From: Octopus sinensis
Lineage: Eukaryota
Length of the DNA: 64,000 bases
Assembly: GCF_006345805.1 (NCBI RefSeq)
Contig: NC_043013.1
Span: 29,946,001 to 30,010,000, forward strand
Reading direction: 5' to 3'
The notes beneath the pieces are model-generated. The model ran no database searches. It worked only from the letters and a program-made list of their open reading frames with translations, and was not told the origin of the DNA. Positions 1-14,005 of this stretch are shown one piece after another. Numbering within the stretch: position 1 is the stretch's first letter; every line of letters begins with the position of its first letter. A program made the translations under genes and the position numbers.

Positions 1-89
1 ACGATATATTTAATTACAGCTTTCATATTCTGAGTTTTATATTTAGAATTAATTACGTCATGTGTATTCTGGGATCGATTTTGCTTTCT

Positions 90-950
90 TTCATGCTGGT
101 CGATATGCAGAATCTAAGATTTTGAACAAGAAACGGGCAAGGTAATTGACACTCGTCGCCAGGAGCATGGTCATGAAAGCACAGATGTGAACAGTCCTGA
201 TCCAGTGTATCGGAAGCTGTCGCCGCCACTTCATGCGATACATCATAGGTGGGGTTTTGATCAACATGGGTGGATAATGTCAAGCAGCGTTACTTATTGG
301 CTGTCCTCAATGCAGTCGGTTTTGGTCCCGTCTTCAGAGGCTGCATCGCTTCAATGATCAGGGGTGTCTGCTTGGTCGTCAAAATAAATGGTCACCTTTA
401 GAATCATTTGAAATGACACGATTGGTCCGATAACGTTGACTTCTTCCATCTCTTACGTATTTACTAACGCTCCAACCAATCTAGTGGAAGCTAAAGCCAT
501 TGAAAGGCAACCCGCTCTAACTGGGATGATTAAGAGTCATGTCGATACGGAAATCGAGATGCCTGATAACATTATAAAGGAAATTGAGAATATAGCAGGA
601 TCAAAAATCAATCAGGGAAAATTAGTAGGCTTGTGAGTGCGCCTGAGAAGACAATTTCTAGCCTTCAAATAGCATCAGGGGCAATGGACGGATAGTTTCG
701 TGTTGTTTGCTTTAGTCCAGACATCCAGGTGGATAAGAAACGGAGACACATTTACAAGAAAGGTGATTAATCTTACCCAGAAATAAGTTGAAAGGAAGCT
801 ATTCTTGAAAAGTCTGCAGATAGGATAAAAACATACGTAACCCTCATTATATACTACCTATTGACTGTTGTAATTTACCCCAGCTCACATCTGACCGGGA
901 TGGACTAATGCTATTTAGTTTCTTGCAGAAGTGTTGGTGATATCACTTTT
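90..950 (+). mobile_element. Degenerate L1/Tx1-clade LINE reverse transcriptase fragment
   Basis: Manual + translation with stops and frameshifts gives HFMRYII-GGVLIN, then QRYLLAVLNAVGFGPVFRGCIASMIRGVCLVVKINGHL and FEMTRLVR, matching Tx1 RT consensus (HLMRYII..GGALINLDQSKAFDRVDHRYL..GFGP.F..I....VNG.LS..F...RSVRQGCPLS). Confidence 0.75.
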
Positions 951-1139
951 CCTTGGACGTAGAGTAGTAAAAGTAAATATGGTTGGTGTGCTTCGTTTGG
1001 AAGGCCTTAAGAAAGAGTTTTATTTTTATAGACCATACATCTATAGATACCTCTCCGTAGATATATACTGTAGCTGGTAGCAGAACAGGAGAACTCTCAG
1101 TTAACTGAGAAGTTGTTGCACTGTGGAGGAGGAACCTGG

Positions 1140-1445
1140 GCATGGGGGATCACATTGATAGTTTTCTGTCCATGACTCTGTTAAACACAAATTACTAGAT
1201 GTTGGCCACAATGTTTATTAGCAAAGTGGTTGGTTCTTGTAGACTCTGAAGTAATTGGTGTTGCGCAAACATGCCTCATCCCGAAGAAAGATATTTATGG
1301 CAATCACCTCCTCGTGCAATATATCATAAAGAAGATGGGTAAGAAATATGGTATGGCTGAGACTCTGATCAGTCTAGCTCAATCAAAAGCTTTTGACATG
1401 ATACCATGCAGCTGCAGTCTCGGTGGCCCATTTCGGTCACGACTT
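1140..1445 (+). mobile_element. Second L1/Tx1 RT N-terminal fragment
   Basis: ORF 1230-1475 contains AQTCLIPKKDIYGNHLLVQYII...LISLAQSKAFD (Tx1 AQTCAIPGRSI.DN....RYII...L..LDQSKAFD), preceded by an MTLLNTNY (ITLLNTDY-like) motif. Confidence 0.75.
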
Positions 1446-1519
1446 CCGCGATTGATTTGCCATAATACAGGATGATAGCTGACAAATATACGATGCCTAA
1501 TATGCGATGTCTATGAATC

Positions 1520-2395
1520 ACGACCATATTTGCATGACATGGTGACCCTATATAAAGATAAACAGGTAGTTAGAATTTCCTTATGGTCAGGTGACACCAT
1601 ATCAAGATAAACAGATAATTAGAATCTCCTTATGGTCAGATGAAGGTTGTTTCTATGTGTGAAGTACTCAGGCCATATGTGCATGACGTAGTGCTTTATA
1701 TCAAGATAAACAGCACAAGACTTTACAGGTAGGGCCTTGTTAGAATCTTCTGATGATCAGGCAAGGGCTATTTCCATTTGTGAATTATTGTGACACCCAG
1801 CTATGATGCTTCCCAACTACTCCTGTCTTGGAGTAAAGTTTGTTTGCCAACATAACATGGCAGTCCTGTAATTTAGCCCCAGGAATCATTGTCTCCATCT
1901 GGCTATACGACACGATCTTTGTCCTTATATTTTCGAACAAGGGAATTTAGCACCCCCACTCAGCTCAAAACAATATCTATGCATCGCGATTTCTGGGTTA
2001 TTGCTTTGAGCTAAGTGGGGGTGCTAGACAGTGTCGTATAGCCAGCTGGAGGCGATGTCTCCTGGGGCTAAATTAAAGCAACGTTCGTCCTAAAACCAGG
2101 ACTGACATATTATGTTGGCAAACAATCTTTACTCTAAAGTGCTGTTGCTGAATATCTCTCGTTGTGAGATTTACAAATAGTAATTTTCTACTCTCATCTT
2201 CATCAGAGATGCACATATCGTCAGTTACTAAGGGACATTTTCAACTGGTTAAGATCAAGCACTCGATAAGTAATTTTGTGGTATCCAGCAGACTATTTGT
2301 TGTATTGCATCTTTTAACGCAAAACAATATATGTACACTTTCAATCAGTTAAGTCAGAAACCATGAGAGCCAATGTCTGGTATTGCATCAGGGTT
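1520..2395 (-). mobile_element. Degenerate copy of the repeat at 26705-27135 (probable LINE 3' region), interrupted by a MITE
   Basis: atatcaagataaacag and catcagagatgcacatatcgtcag...caactggttaagatcaa are reverse complements of segments in 26705-27135; the gataaacag...ttagaat sub-block occurs three times in 1524-1760. Confidence 0.65.
1831..2134. mobile_element. Foldback MITE with long terminal inverted repeats
   Basis: gagtaaagtttgtttgccaacataacatggcagtcctg pairs with caggactgacatattatgttggcaaacaatctttactc. Nested pairs: tttagccccagga...ctggctatacgacac / gtgtcgtatagccag...tcctggggctaaa and tagcacccccactcagctcaaa / tttgagctaagtgggggtgcta. Confidence 0.8.
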
Positions 2396-2454
2396 GTTAT
2401 CATTATTGGCAAATATATTCGAACTTCAGACATAATGCATGTGTTAAGGTGCCT

Positions 2455-3230
2455 TACACTCTCCGTTCGAATCCGGCTAAGGTCAGTTTTGCACTTCATC
2501 CCTCCGGATCAATAACAAAGCACCAATGAAATATTCGATCGATAATATCAATCTCTCTCCTACACCTTGTGACTTTTTTAGGAACAGTAATGGTGGTAGA
2601 TTGGAAATATCGTTACAGCGACGGACAAATACCTTACATAATTTAGGACGGATTTCTAAGTCCTGAGTTCAAATATCGTTTATTAGTTTTATTTCTTTCC
2701 AACCCTCCGAAGTCAATCATATATTGGACTATGGTCAATGATATCAACTAAAGTACTCGTAAAAATATCTGGACTTGTGCTTATCTTATACGCTATTATC
2801 GTAATTACTATTGCTAAGGTGGTGAGCAAGGAGATACGTCACTGCGTCGGACATAATGCTTCGTGGTATTTCTTTCGGCTCTTTACCCATTGAGTTCAAA
2901 TCTCGCCGAAGTTATCATTGCTTTTAATCCATTCGGGATCGATAAAATAAAGAACCACTCAAGTAGTGAGATCGATGTAATTAATTAATTCCCTCTCACC
3001 AGGATTGCTGTCCTTGTGCCAAAATATAATGCAATGATTACTACTTTTATTTCTCTGAATAAAAAACAAGCACCATGCTGATAGTATTTATTCCAGTTCT
3101 TCACGATTTGATTTCAAATCTTGCCAAAGCCTGCTTTGCTTTTAATCTCTCTGGATTAAAGACGTAGTGCCAGTTACATATTGGTGCCGATTTAATACAC
3201 TAATCCCTTACATCTAAAGCTGTGCCTAAA
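2455..3230 (+). mobile_element. Cluster of old tRNA-derived SINE copies (family A)
   Basis: Repeated degenerate gagttcaaat..cgccgagg...tttgcctttcatcc..cggg.tcgataaa motifs matching the younger copy at 42671-42905. Confidence 0.65.
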
Positions 3231-5539
3231 TTAGAAAAATATCACGGTTAATATAAATATTAACAGCATGAGTATTAGTAATGCTAGTAGTCTTAGCAAT
3301 AAAAGTTGTATTAATTTTCTTTTTGTTTTTTCTTTATCAACTTAATTTCCGCTGACAAAATCTCAGACCACTTCATTTCTCAATACCGGATATTACTTAA
3401 ATGTATCGTAATTTCTCGTATACTCTAGATAGAATTTGTCACTATCAATACTTATTTGTAGAATGATTCTTCAAATATACTTACCCATTTTCTTTCATTC
3501 TGTAGATTACACTTCAGATATATTACGTCTAGACATCGCTAGTCATGTTTTTCCACGTCTGCTAAATCCCAAAATACCATTCTTATTTTCATAATATTCC
3601 GTAGTATTTATTTTATAATTTCATTTACAAGCGTCATGTTGCAAAGTTTCTGTGCTTATGACAATTAGAGTATATCTTCACATTGTAGCATCAAAATTGG
3701 CCATTGTTTAGGTAGATGAAAATTTACGATTATTAAATATAAAACCGTTACGTAGCATAATTAAATTCCCAACACCTGGATTGCTTCGTAAATTATTTCG
3801 TTAGATAAACTTAAAGTCGGAAATTTATGAGTGAATATATAACACTCCTACCGTCGGGAAAATTATTAATGATGAAAGTTTATTTTATTGTTGTTTAGCA
3901 CCATATCAACCCACATCAAGCAGATCATAAAATCAAAGACTTCGTTATCTGATTATCTACTATAAACATTAGCTGACAGCTTATGTATATAGTAATATAT
4001 GATGACATTATCAAATGTTTCCCTCCCGTATTTAGTGTGATGTGTTGCATCAGAAATTTGTGTGTTTTCACTTGGTCTATCAACTACGTAGGACCACACT
4101 TGTTGGTTTGTATATGATAGTAAAAGTTATACGAATTCGTCTCCATAAGAATCAAATAGAGGATTCATATGCTGAAGATTTTACCACTTGTCAAAATCGC
4201 TCTACGATTTTACCCGATTTGTTAATTTAAGACATGAAGATTAAATATACAATGTTATGTGATTAAAACTGAAAATAGTGTCTGCAGACACCTTATAAAC
4301 ATATGATTATTGAAGTATTAAACCGGAAGAATGTTGGATGAGCAGCATGAGGTTCTTATTTTAGGAATGAATCGATCATATATAAAGAATAGCATTTGCT
4401 ATACAATGTAGGTCTAATTCATATACATTAAGTTACTTCATTTTAAAATTTTATATTAAAATTAGAGGAAATAGCATGGCTAGCTTCAAAGAAGAGTCCG
4501 CCAAATGTCCGAATCCGCCTAATATCGTTGTGATATTCTCAGCAACTCAAGTAAGTTTGTTCGTATTTTGTGGTCCATCCAGGATCTAACGTACTTCGAA
4601 ATTACCAAATATACCAACGGCACAGACTTAGAGCAATTCAAAACAAGATCCGCTCCTCCGTCAAATCGCAGTCTACTCGGTGTAGCCAGTGCAGGCAATT
4701 ATCCATCAGGTCATAATGAACTGTCTTAAAGAGGTAAAGTCATTTATGGCAATATATTTCTAGTTACAGTATCTCTAGAAATAAAACTGATTTAACCTAA
4801 TTTGTATACCATTGATTTTAGTCTATACCCGATCAGGATTTACCAAATCTACTCAGTACTGTGTATATATAGATTCTTATATAAATGACAAGGTTTAGTT
4901 CGTAGTTACAGTTTGTAGCTACAGTTTCATCGCTGAGATTATTTGTTCCTGTTGCTATTTCTATTCTAAATTTTATTGATTTCAGTAATTATCTTGCAGC
5001 CATGAGCGGCTACCTCATTAAAAGGAATAGGACACACGGTTGGTGTGGGGCCTGGCTTGCTATAAATAACAAACAAATTTCCATCAAAGAAGCCCCACCG
5101 TCTTCAATTATGAAATGTATGCAATGTAAAGCCTGATTAACAAAAAGACGGGATGGTCATGACTGGAAATATTTTAAAGTCTTTAATCATAGATCTGTTC
5201 GACAAGAATGAAATGGGACCGAACAATAACTTTGAGAACAGAACTGATTGGTCATTCTTTTTATATATAGCACACATGAAATTAAATATAATTTCTTTAA
5301 TCTTGTATTTGCTCCCAAATCATGACACATCTTCACTTCAAACATGGATGATGCTGGTGTTCGGTTTGAATATCTGTCATTTAATGGTGGGAGAAATATA
5401 CGAAGTTACAGAAACACAAAGGGTTGTAGATATGATGGGTAATATATAAAAGCGAAGCAACTGCGTGGGACAAGCAGAGGTATTAGCAAAGACATGCTAA
5501 CTCTTGAAATTCTTTTAAACCTTCTTTTATCATCTACTT

Positions 5540-5816
5540 GTATCGGTTGTTGGTTTGCGGCTATTCTGGAGTGCCATCATAAAGGGCTTATGATGGTACC
5601 ACAGCAAATTGACCTAAGTACTTATTCTTATCTCTTTTCTGATCGGTGCTTATATTATTGGTCTCTTTGGCAACCGTTAAATTACGAAGACTAAGCGAAC
5701 CAACGCTTGTTATCAAGCGGTGGTGGAGGTCAAACACACACATACACTCACATGCACACACATACACAATGTCACACGCACACACAAACACATACACACA
5801 AGCACACACAGACACA

Positions 5817-5896
<80 letters not shown>

Positions 5897-5931
5897 TACA
5901 TATATATATATATACATATATACATATATAT

Positions 5932-5992
<61 letters not shown>

Positions 5993-6054
5993 CATATATA
6001 TTATATATACATATATACATATATATATAATATATACATATATACATATATATA

Positions 6055-6085
<31 letters not shown>

Positions 6086-6099
6086 ATATATATATATAC

Positions 6100-6159
<60 letters not shown>

Positions 6160-6330
6160 CATATATATATATATGAGGCAGGGTTCTTTCAGTTTCCGTC
6201 TACCAAATCCAATAACAAAGATTTGGTTTGCCGGGGCTATAGTAGTACCCACCTGCCCAAGGTATCACGCGATGAGACTGAACCTGGAACAATGTGGGTA
6301 GGAAGCAAGGTTTTTTTATCACACAGCTAC
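5540..6330 (-). mobile_element. tRNA/CORE-like SINE (family B) with expanded internal (CA)n/(TA)n tract
   Basis: 6175-6330 is the reverse complement of the head of the 61865 copy (ccttgggca...gatttggtagacggaaactgaaagaa); 5540-5735 matches its tail; ~440 bp of microsatellite lies between. Confidence 0.75.
5735..6175. repeat. Compound (CA)n/(TA)n microsatellite
   Basis: Directly visible. Confidence 0.95.
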
Positions 6331-6574
6331 AACTATAATGTTCTACTTCTTGTGGGATTTCGTACAATTTGGATCTTTCCCAACTTAATATTTCGTACTG
6401 GTCTGCAGAGAAGAGATGTACAGTTAGAGTAGAGTTTAGTATAGGGGGTATAACGATATCAAATTTATTCGAAGGAAGTCCATTGTTGTAGATGTAGAAA
6501 TAGGAAACAGTATACCCGTGAGCTGGAGGCTGTTGCATTTTCATCGGCTGCTACTTTTTGAGGCATATATATAT

Positions 6575-6808
6575 ACGTACCTACAAGCATATCTACTTAC
6601 CTACCTACCTACCTACCAACCTACCTACCTACCTACCTACCTACCTACCTACATATCTACCTACCTACCTATCTACCTACCTACCTACCTACCTATCTAC
6701 CTACCTACCTGCCTGCCTAACTACCTGCATGCCTACCTACCTACCTACCTACCTACCTACCTACCTACCTACATACCTATCAGCTACACACACGCACACG
6801 TATATTAT

Positions 6809-6839
<31 letters not shown>

Positions 6840-6949
6840 CACACACATACATACACATCTATATGCATTGATGTATATATATATTTATATAAGTACATAC
6901 ATATATACATAGATTATAGGCACAAGTACGTGTGAGAGAGAGAATGATC

Positions 6950-7035
<86 letters not shown>
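6575..7035. repeat. (ACCT)n, (CA)n, (TA)n and (GA)n microsatellite block
   Basis: Directly visible. Confidence 0.95.
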
Positions 7036-7038
<3 letters not shown>

Positions 7039-7720
7039 CGCCAGGAGAGCGATTCAGAACAAAATGAGCCATGGAGTAAATAACTGTGCATCCATAGCAA
7101 ATTACTATAAACGTGATAGATTAGAAATCAAATTATTTCTGACAGATCCGGAGGGAAAATGTATTGTGAAATCTTAATTATATTATTAATTAGATTGAAT
7201 GAGATTCATCGAGTATACATTTCTCTTAACGGAAAAAGAGGACCGGAAGATAATGCAGAGTTGAATGTATATGGCTTCCTCATTTAGTAAATAAATTTTG
7301 TTCACCGTAAATTGAAAGCGTATACCATCTTAAAAATAGAGAAAAACATTTTAAACACATGGAATGTTGCAGCACAGTTTCCGTGAAACAATGCAAAACA
7401 GCATATTTTATTATGGAAAATTTTACATTTTAGTGATACGTTGTGCGAGCAACATATATAATACAGGGTTAGTAAGTTAATTGAGTGCTAAGAAGTCTAA
7501 CATGACATTATTTGTTCTGTCATGTATATGTATGTATGTCTCTTTCATAATTAATCATTTAAATTCTTCATCTGAAGGAGCTGGTTTCTAACAAAGATAT
7601 AAAACTCCATCTTTAAAATATGGATCACGAAAAAAATAATTAAGGATTCACAAAATATCTTTCAACTCCAGGCTAAAGCAATAGATCGTGATTTTTATGC
7701 TAGCACTATGTTTGTGATTC

Positions 7721-7721
<1 letters not shown>

Positions 7722-7792
<71 letters not shown>
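7722..7792. repeat. (CTTT)n microsatellite
   Basis: Directly visible. Confidence 0.95.
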
Positions 7793-7796
<4 letters not shown>

Positions 7797-8472
7797 CTAT
7801 GTCTGTGTGTATCTACATGTGCATGTGTTGCATTCTTATGTGTGCATGTACATGCATGTATATGCATGTGGATCCACAAAAGACCACGTAATGCATAGAC
7901 TGAAAAATATTGTATGCTAACCCACTATTCCACGAATACACACGAACTAAAAAAATATGAATTACGAAAACGGAAAAAGTTTGGCAACAAACTTATGATA
8001 AGCCCTTGGCGACCAGGTGCACGTACAAGTAAATACGAATTTTGAAGTGTACAAATTTTAAAACTACAAAATATTCGTGAAGTTTAAACATTAAAGCAAG
8101 TCTATGTAGTCAAAAACATTGCTACTTGAATTATTCCTAAAAAGTCAAATTGAAGAGTGTTTCACCAAGAAAGGTTTGCCCCGATTTCTCGTTTTCATTT
8201 GCCGAAAATTCTCGCGTGATCTCATTGTGATTTCTGTAAATTTCCGTGTTTTAATCCAAAATGGAAACATACACCAATTATTTTTGTATGTGTTTGGCTT
8301 GAATAATTGTTGAGACACATCTTACCGTGAAACGAATTGTGGCCTTAATAAAAATAATTTGAAGGATAAAGAATCTGTATCCACCGATACAGTCTTGAGC
8401 CTTCATTATCATTGTTCACATTTACGTGCGTTTAGGGTTAGGGTTATATATATATGCATGTATATATAGATA

Positions 8473-9138
<666 letters not shown>

Positions 9139-9139
9139 G

Positions 9140-9645
9140 TTTATGTTTGACTTTTGCTTTGCATTTGTACAAGTTGGCTCCAAGTCTCATACAAAGAACT
9201 CAAGAGACAACAATTTAGAAGTTCATGTTGGCGTTATGCCTAGGGTACCATATATTTGGTTTTGTATATAGTGTTGTTCTAGAGAATGTTTAAGAAACCA
9301 TAAGAATATTACGTGTTTGTTTTAAAACTTGAGATTACATAGAAAGTATTTTGCGAAAGATATGGGCAGTTCCCATGAGCACTATCTTTTGAATTTGTGC
9401 CATTTTAGGGTTTCCTGGTATCTGAGCTAGGTAATGATCAGCCCCTTTTGCTATCATTCCCAGAACACCTATGACAACAGGTATTGTTTTAGTCTTCATG
9501 TTCCACATTTTGCTAATTAATATTTCAAGATCTTTAAACTTGCTCAGTTTTTGGTAGGTCTTGACAGATACGTTTATATCAATTGGGACAGTCATATCAA
9601 TGAGAAGGCATGACTTTTGTCTGAAATCTTTCAATATGATGTCTT
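9140..9645 (-). mobile_element. 5'-truncated Dong/R4 LINE 3' end, second subfamily
   Basis: ORF 9335-9634 reads [11 protein letters not shown]...KLSKFKDL...WNMKTKTIPVVIGVLG...IQKIVLMGTAHIFRKILSM, a REL endonuclease C-terminus. Its 3' UTR differs from the 8570 copy; flanked by (TTA)n. Confidence 0.9.
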
Positions 9646-9700
9646 ATTATTATTATTATTATTATTATTATTGTTATTATTATTATATACGTATTATATA

Positions 9701-9747
<47 letters not shown>

Positions 9748-9810
9748 TTATATATCTGTATATATATATGTGTGTATAAATACATATATATATATATATA
9801 CATTATTTTT

Positions 9811-9845
<35 letters not shown>

Positions 9846-9855
9846 TATTTTTATC

Positions 9856-9918
<63 letters not shown>

Positions 9919-12582
9919 GAAGATTGGTGCTGTTAATGTACATTTGTAAGATTTGCAAGACGTATGTTTCATGATAACCTCTGTAATTATTCATATTAGT
10001 TATTATAATTAAATTTTAAAATAGGGGATTTTAATGACATAATGAAAGAATTTCAGTACTGTTTCAGTAAGAATATTTCATCAGTAATATTTTAAAAATC
10101 GAATTTTTCACGTATACCTATATATACGTATGTTATATTAATGATGCTAAAAAAAGTATAAAAACAAAGGTGACAATAACATAACATCAGACACAAACGA
10201 TATGATGCTTTGTAAATAGAGTCAAAGATGACATCTTCATGTCACTCAAACTGTGTATAAAGATACACTTGACGTTAATAGCCATAATTCATCCTTATCT
10301 CTATTAATTTTGAATAAATGGCGTATTTCCGTTAGAAAATCCGCCTGTTTGACAGTTGAGGATATAAGCATTATCTCGAAATATATGATCTTATTCGAAA
10401 ATTATTACAGTATTAGAAAACCTATACTTCATCATTTCGATATTACCCCCGATTCAGCTCATGTAACTGTTTTGTTAGTCTTTTCCCTCTTGTATGGATT
10501 AGATTATAATTTTCTAGAATTATGCAAATGACCGTAATATATGACTCGTTCTACAACCTTAAACCACTCTTTATGTGAATCAAAATTTCTTAAGATAGAC
10601 CTCTATAAATACTTTATGAACAGTACCTTTAGAAGCACGTTTGATTAGAATAAAAACTGTCAAATTTCTTGATGATGATCTAAAGATAAATTATAGTCTA
10701 TAGCACCCACTTTATAAACCTTATCAAATATTGCATATAAATAAAGTCCCAACCATAATAAATCTATAATAATAATTTTTCTTGGTATTAACTATCTCAG
10801 TAAGTATTTCTAATTTCTAAGCTAATGAAAAACTTCTCATAATAACACCTTATTCAGAAGTTGGTATGGCGAAGAAATATCATATCTCATGCATAAACAT
10901 AACTCTCTTTCTTAATCAAATAGTCTCAACGAATACTAATAAAACTTCCAAGATAAAGTTTATAAATTTCAAGGTTAGAGATAATAAGAGTTGTTTTAGA
11001 AATACAAATGGTTTCTGTAATTCAAAATCCCAAACTATAAAAAATAACTTGGTAAACAATATTTCAGCAACACACGAACAAAGAAAGCACACAAGTAAAT
11101 TAAAAAACTGTGGTTGGATTCCAGGGAATTCAAGGGCGAATATCATCTTGTGCTCATAACGATAATATTATAATGATTATGAATAACAGAAAAAAAAACC
11201 TTGTCTAGTTGGAAGGAATGCTACTGATATCTAACGAAGCGTTAACCAGTTATCTGAATCTTTTCGTATTGAGAATAATAATATATCGCGTAGAATAGAT
11301 AAAAGCTAAAGTTACCCCCTCTAATGACAATTTACGAATACAAAATAAAAATCAACAAAACAAAAATCAACAAAACAAAGAAACACGAAAAGAAAAAAAG
11401 AACTATCGCAGGGTATAATATTCCTCTCACCGTGGTAACAGTATATTGTAGCATTTAAAAAAATAATTTCCCTCCTCAGAATAAATAACATTGTATTTTT
11501 AAAATGGTTGCTGTCAAATGATCGTATATCAAATAATCTTACGTTATACCTAAACATCGTAGTCGTACACTAAACAATATAACTAATAATGGTCGTAATA
11601 TCTTTATATCGAGCTTAGATTTAAACCCTTATGCTTATATATGTCGAATTATAACCAAAATGCTAAAACGAGCTCAAATATATTCTCGTTTATGGAAATG
11701 TCAAATGAACAGCAAAAGGAGTGATCGATCTATAGTTATAATAACGTTCACAATATGTTTAACAATAAATATGCCACAGTTAATTCGTTTTATAGCCCCG
11801 AATCTATATTGGCCCGTAAAATTGTTTTGTCGTAATGGATCCCGTGAGGGCAATAAGACTTAATGCAACTTCCGCGTATCAGACAATTGCTCATTAAAAA
11901 GTTGTTTCTGTAATATTGTAGTAAAACAATGTGTATTATTCTAATAGTACTCCGTATAGCTTTCAAAAATATATTATTCAAATTGTCACTCATTCTTTAA
12001 TGAAAGCATAAGTACTCAACTCCGTTTGCTGAAAATACATTTCATCAAAAATTCCAGAATGGTCTCTTTCTTAAACTTTATTAAATCGCACTAAGGGTAT
12101 ATGAAAGACTGACATACTTGTTCACGCGGAGTACTAGAAATATTAAGTGATGGCCGTACTATATTATTTCTGAAAATGTGTGTAATTGCTATTCAATGCA
12201 CACATAAATATTCTCAGCCATTTAAGAATTACAGTGCAGTAGGCATCAAAATATTAAAACTGAAGTAGTAGATAATAATATAAATCATAATAATTGTAGC
12301 AAAAGTTTAAAAAAATAAAATTCACCCTGTTGGCATAAGATAATTGCATATGATGTCATTCGACTTCGTTTTGATTTATTTTTGATTTTTTGATTTCTCA
12401 TCGATTTGATACATTTTTTCTTCAATTTTATTTTATTTTCAATTTTATTTTTATTAATTATATATTATAAATCTTATATTTCACTTTATCTTAATTCCAC
12501 TTGTAATATAATTTTCTGTAAATGTTGGTTTTATTCTAATTTTAGTATTTGTTTATATAAATGTATACATGTGTGCGGTTTG

Positions 12583-12623
<41 letters not shown>

Positions 12624-12624
12624 C

Positions 12625-12655
<31 letters not shown>

Positions 12656-12962
12656 CGTGTGTCTATATACAATCACTAGTATAAGTCTGTATATAGATGT
12701 GTGCGTGTGTGTTTACGTTCGGCTGTATATATGTGTAGGCATAGATACACTTTTTGTGTACGTACAGAATCACTTACCGTTATCAAGAAACTCCAAAGTT
12801 TGTTTAAATGAATACACATGTTCCTGTCTTTTATACGCAAGTGTATCTATCCATCTATGCGTATCGTTATGACTATGTATGGGTGCATTTAAATACCTTG
12901 TGCACGCGTACACACACATATATATATATATGAGTTTAATATGTATATATACATATATATTT

Positions 12963-13006
<44 letters not shown>

Positions 13007-13068
13007 GTATATATATATATACACTGTTCATGTATATACAATGCATATATATATATATATGTGTGTGT

Positions 13069-13103
<35 letters not shown>

Positions 13104-13107
13104 AGAG

Positions 13108-13363
13108 AGTGAGGTGGTGTTAGCGCCACCTAAACACAGGTGTTTCCTAGGAACTGACGATACTGATATTTCACCTCCAGGAGGATGCCCCATTCACCTG
13201 GTTATTCAGTGCATTCTGCGCTCGATATATATTGAAACGGGGAGGGAACCCCTACTATTTTACCCCGAGTCCACCAGACCGTACGGTTTCGATCTCATTA
13301 TGGTCAACCTCGGTGATGAATACTTGTCCCCCTACACTTAGCAGTAGTTCACTCCCGGTCACA
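13108..13363. mobile_element. Possible solo LTR inserted in microsatellite
   Basis: ~255 bp higher-GC unique island between (GA)n and (TA)n, with ends agtga...tcaca (near TGTGA...TCACA) and an internal TATA-like run. No PBS or PPT seen. Confidence 0.35.
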
Positions 13364-13418
13364 ATATATATATATATATATATATATGCACGCTCACAAT
13401 ATCTATATCTACATCTAT

Positions 13419-13461
<43 letters not shown>

Positions 13462-13469
13462 TATATATC

Positions 13470-13765
13470 ACCTTGTTCACCTTGACCGACCAGTCTGTCA
13501 GGCGTCCATTTGACACCGCCGGTCACAGCACGCTGTTCACTCCTCTCTGGATCGCGCCTTTCTCACCCACGTGATCCCAATCGTCCTCCTGAAATTGTAA
13601 CTCCACCGTCGTGGAGGTCTTCCGGGTGGTCTTTTCCGCTCACGCGGGTGCCACTCCACAGCTGCGTTCGTCCACCGATTATCGGTGAGCCGGGCGACGT
13701 GTCCAGCCCATCTATGCTTGCTGCGTGTATACTCTGCGATGACATCTCTCACGCCGGACATCCCA
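13470..13765 (-). mobile_element. RTE-clade LINE 3' end
   Basis: ORF 13537-13827 contains KHRWAGHVARLTDNRWTNAAVEWHPRERKRPPGRPPRRW, the characteristic RTE ORF2 C-terminus. Confidence 0.9.
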
Positions 13766-13789
13766 AACGGATAACTGTATCTAAACTTA

Positions 13790-14005
13790 AAGAGCCTATG
13801 AGATACATATTTGTGGAAAAAAATCAACAGCCTCTAACCACTAGATTCAATGAATATTAGATTAGACTAAATATCAACACTGTGATGCTACGTTTGAATT
13901 AGTCAACTGTGGAAGAATGAAGGAAACTGGTTTGATAACAACGATGAAAAAATAAATGATCTTTTGGTGCAGAAACAAGCATTAGTAGAGAAGAACTGAA
14001 TGGCA
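13790..14005 (+). mobile_element. RTE-like LINE internal fragment
   Basis: Translates to KNEGNWFDNNDEKINDLLVQKQA, resembling the RTE endonuclease-RT linker (DWFDENDEEI..LL.EK). Confidence 0.55.

Noticed and set aside
5588-6146. Long ORFs of YI/HT/CV repeats (also near 9.6, 12.6, 32.6, 47.5 and 62-63.9 kb)
   Set aside because: Read-through of dinucleotide microsatellites, open in several frames on both strands.
8431-8446. TTAGGG telomere-like repeats (also 29492-29504)
   Set aside because: Only about two units, not an interstitial telomere array.
10050-10090. Minus-strand ctgatga...gaaa-cagtactg HHR-like string
   Set aside because: Helix II is poor and there is no UH plus helix I partner; at best a heavily decayed relic.
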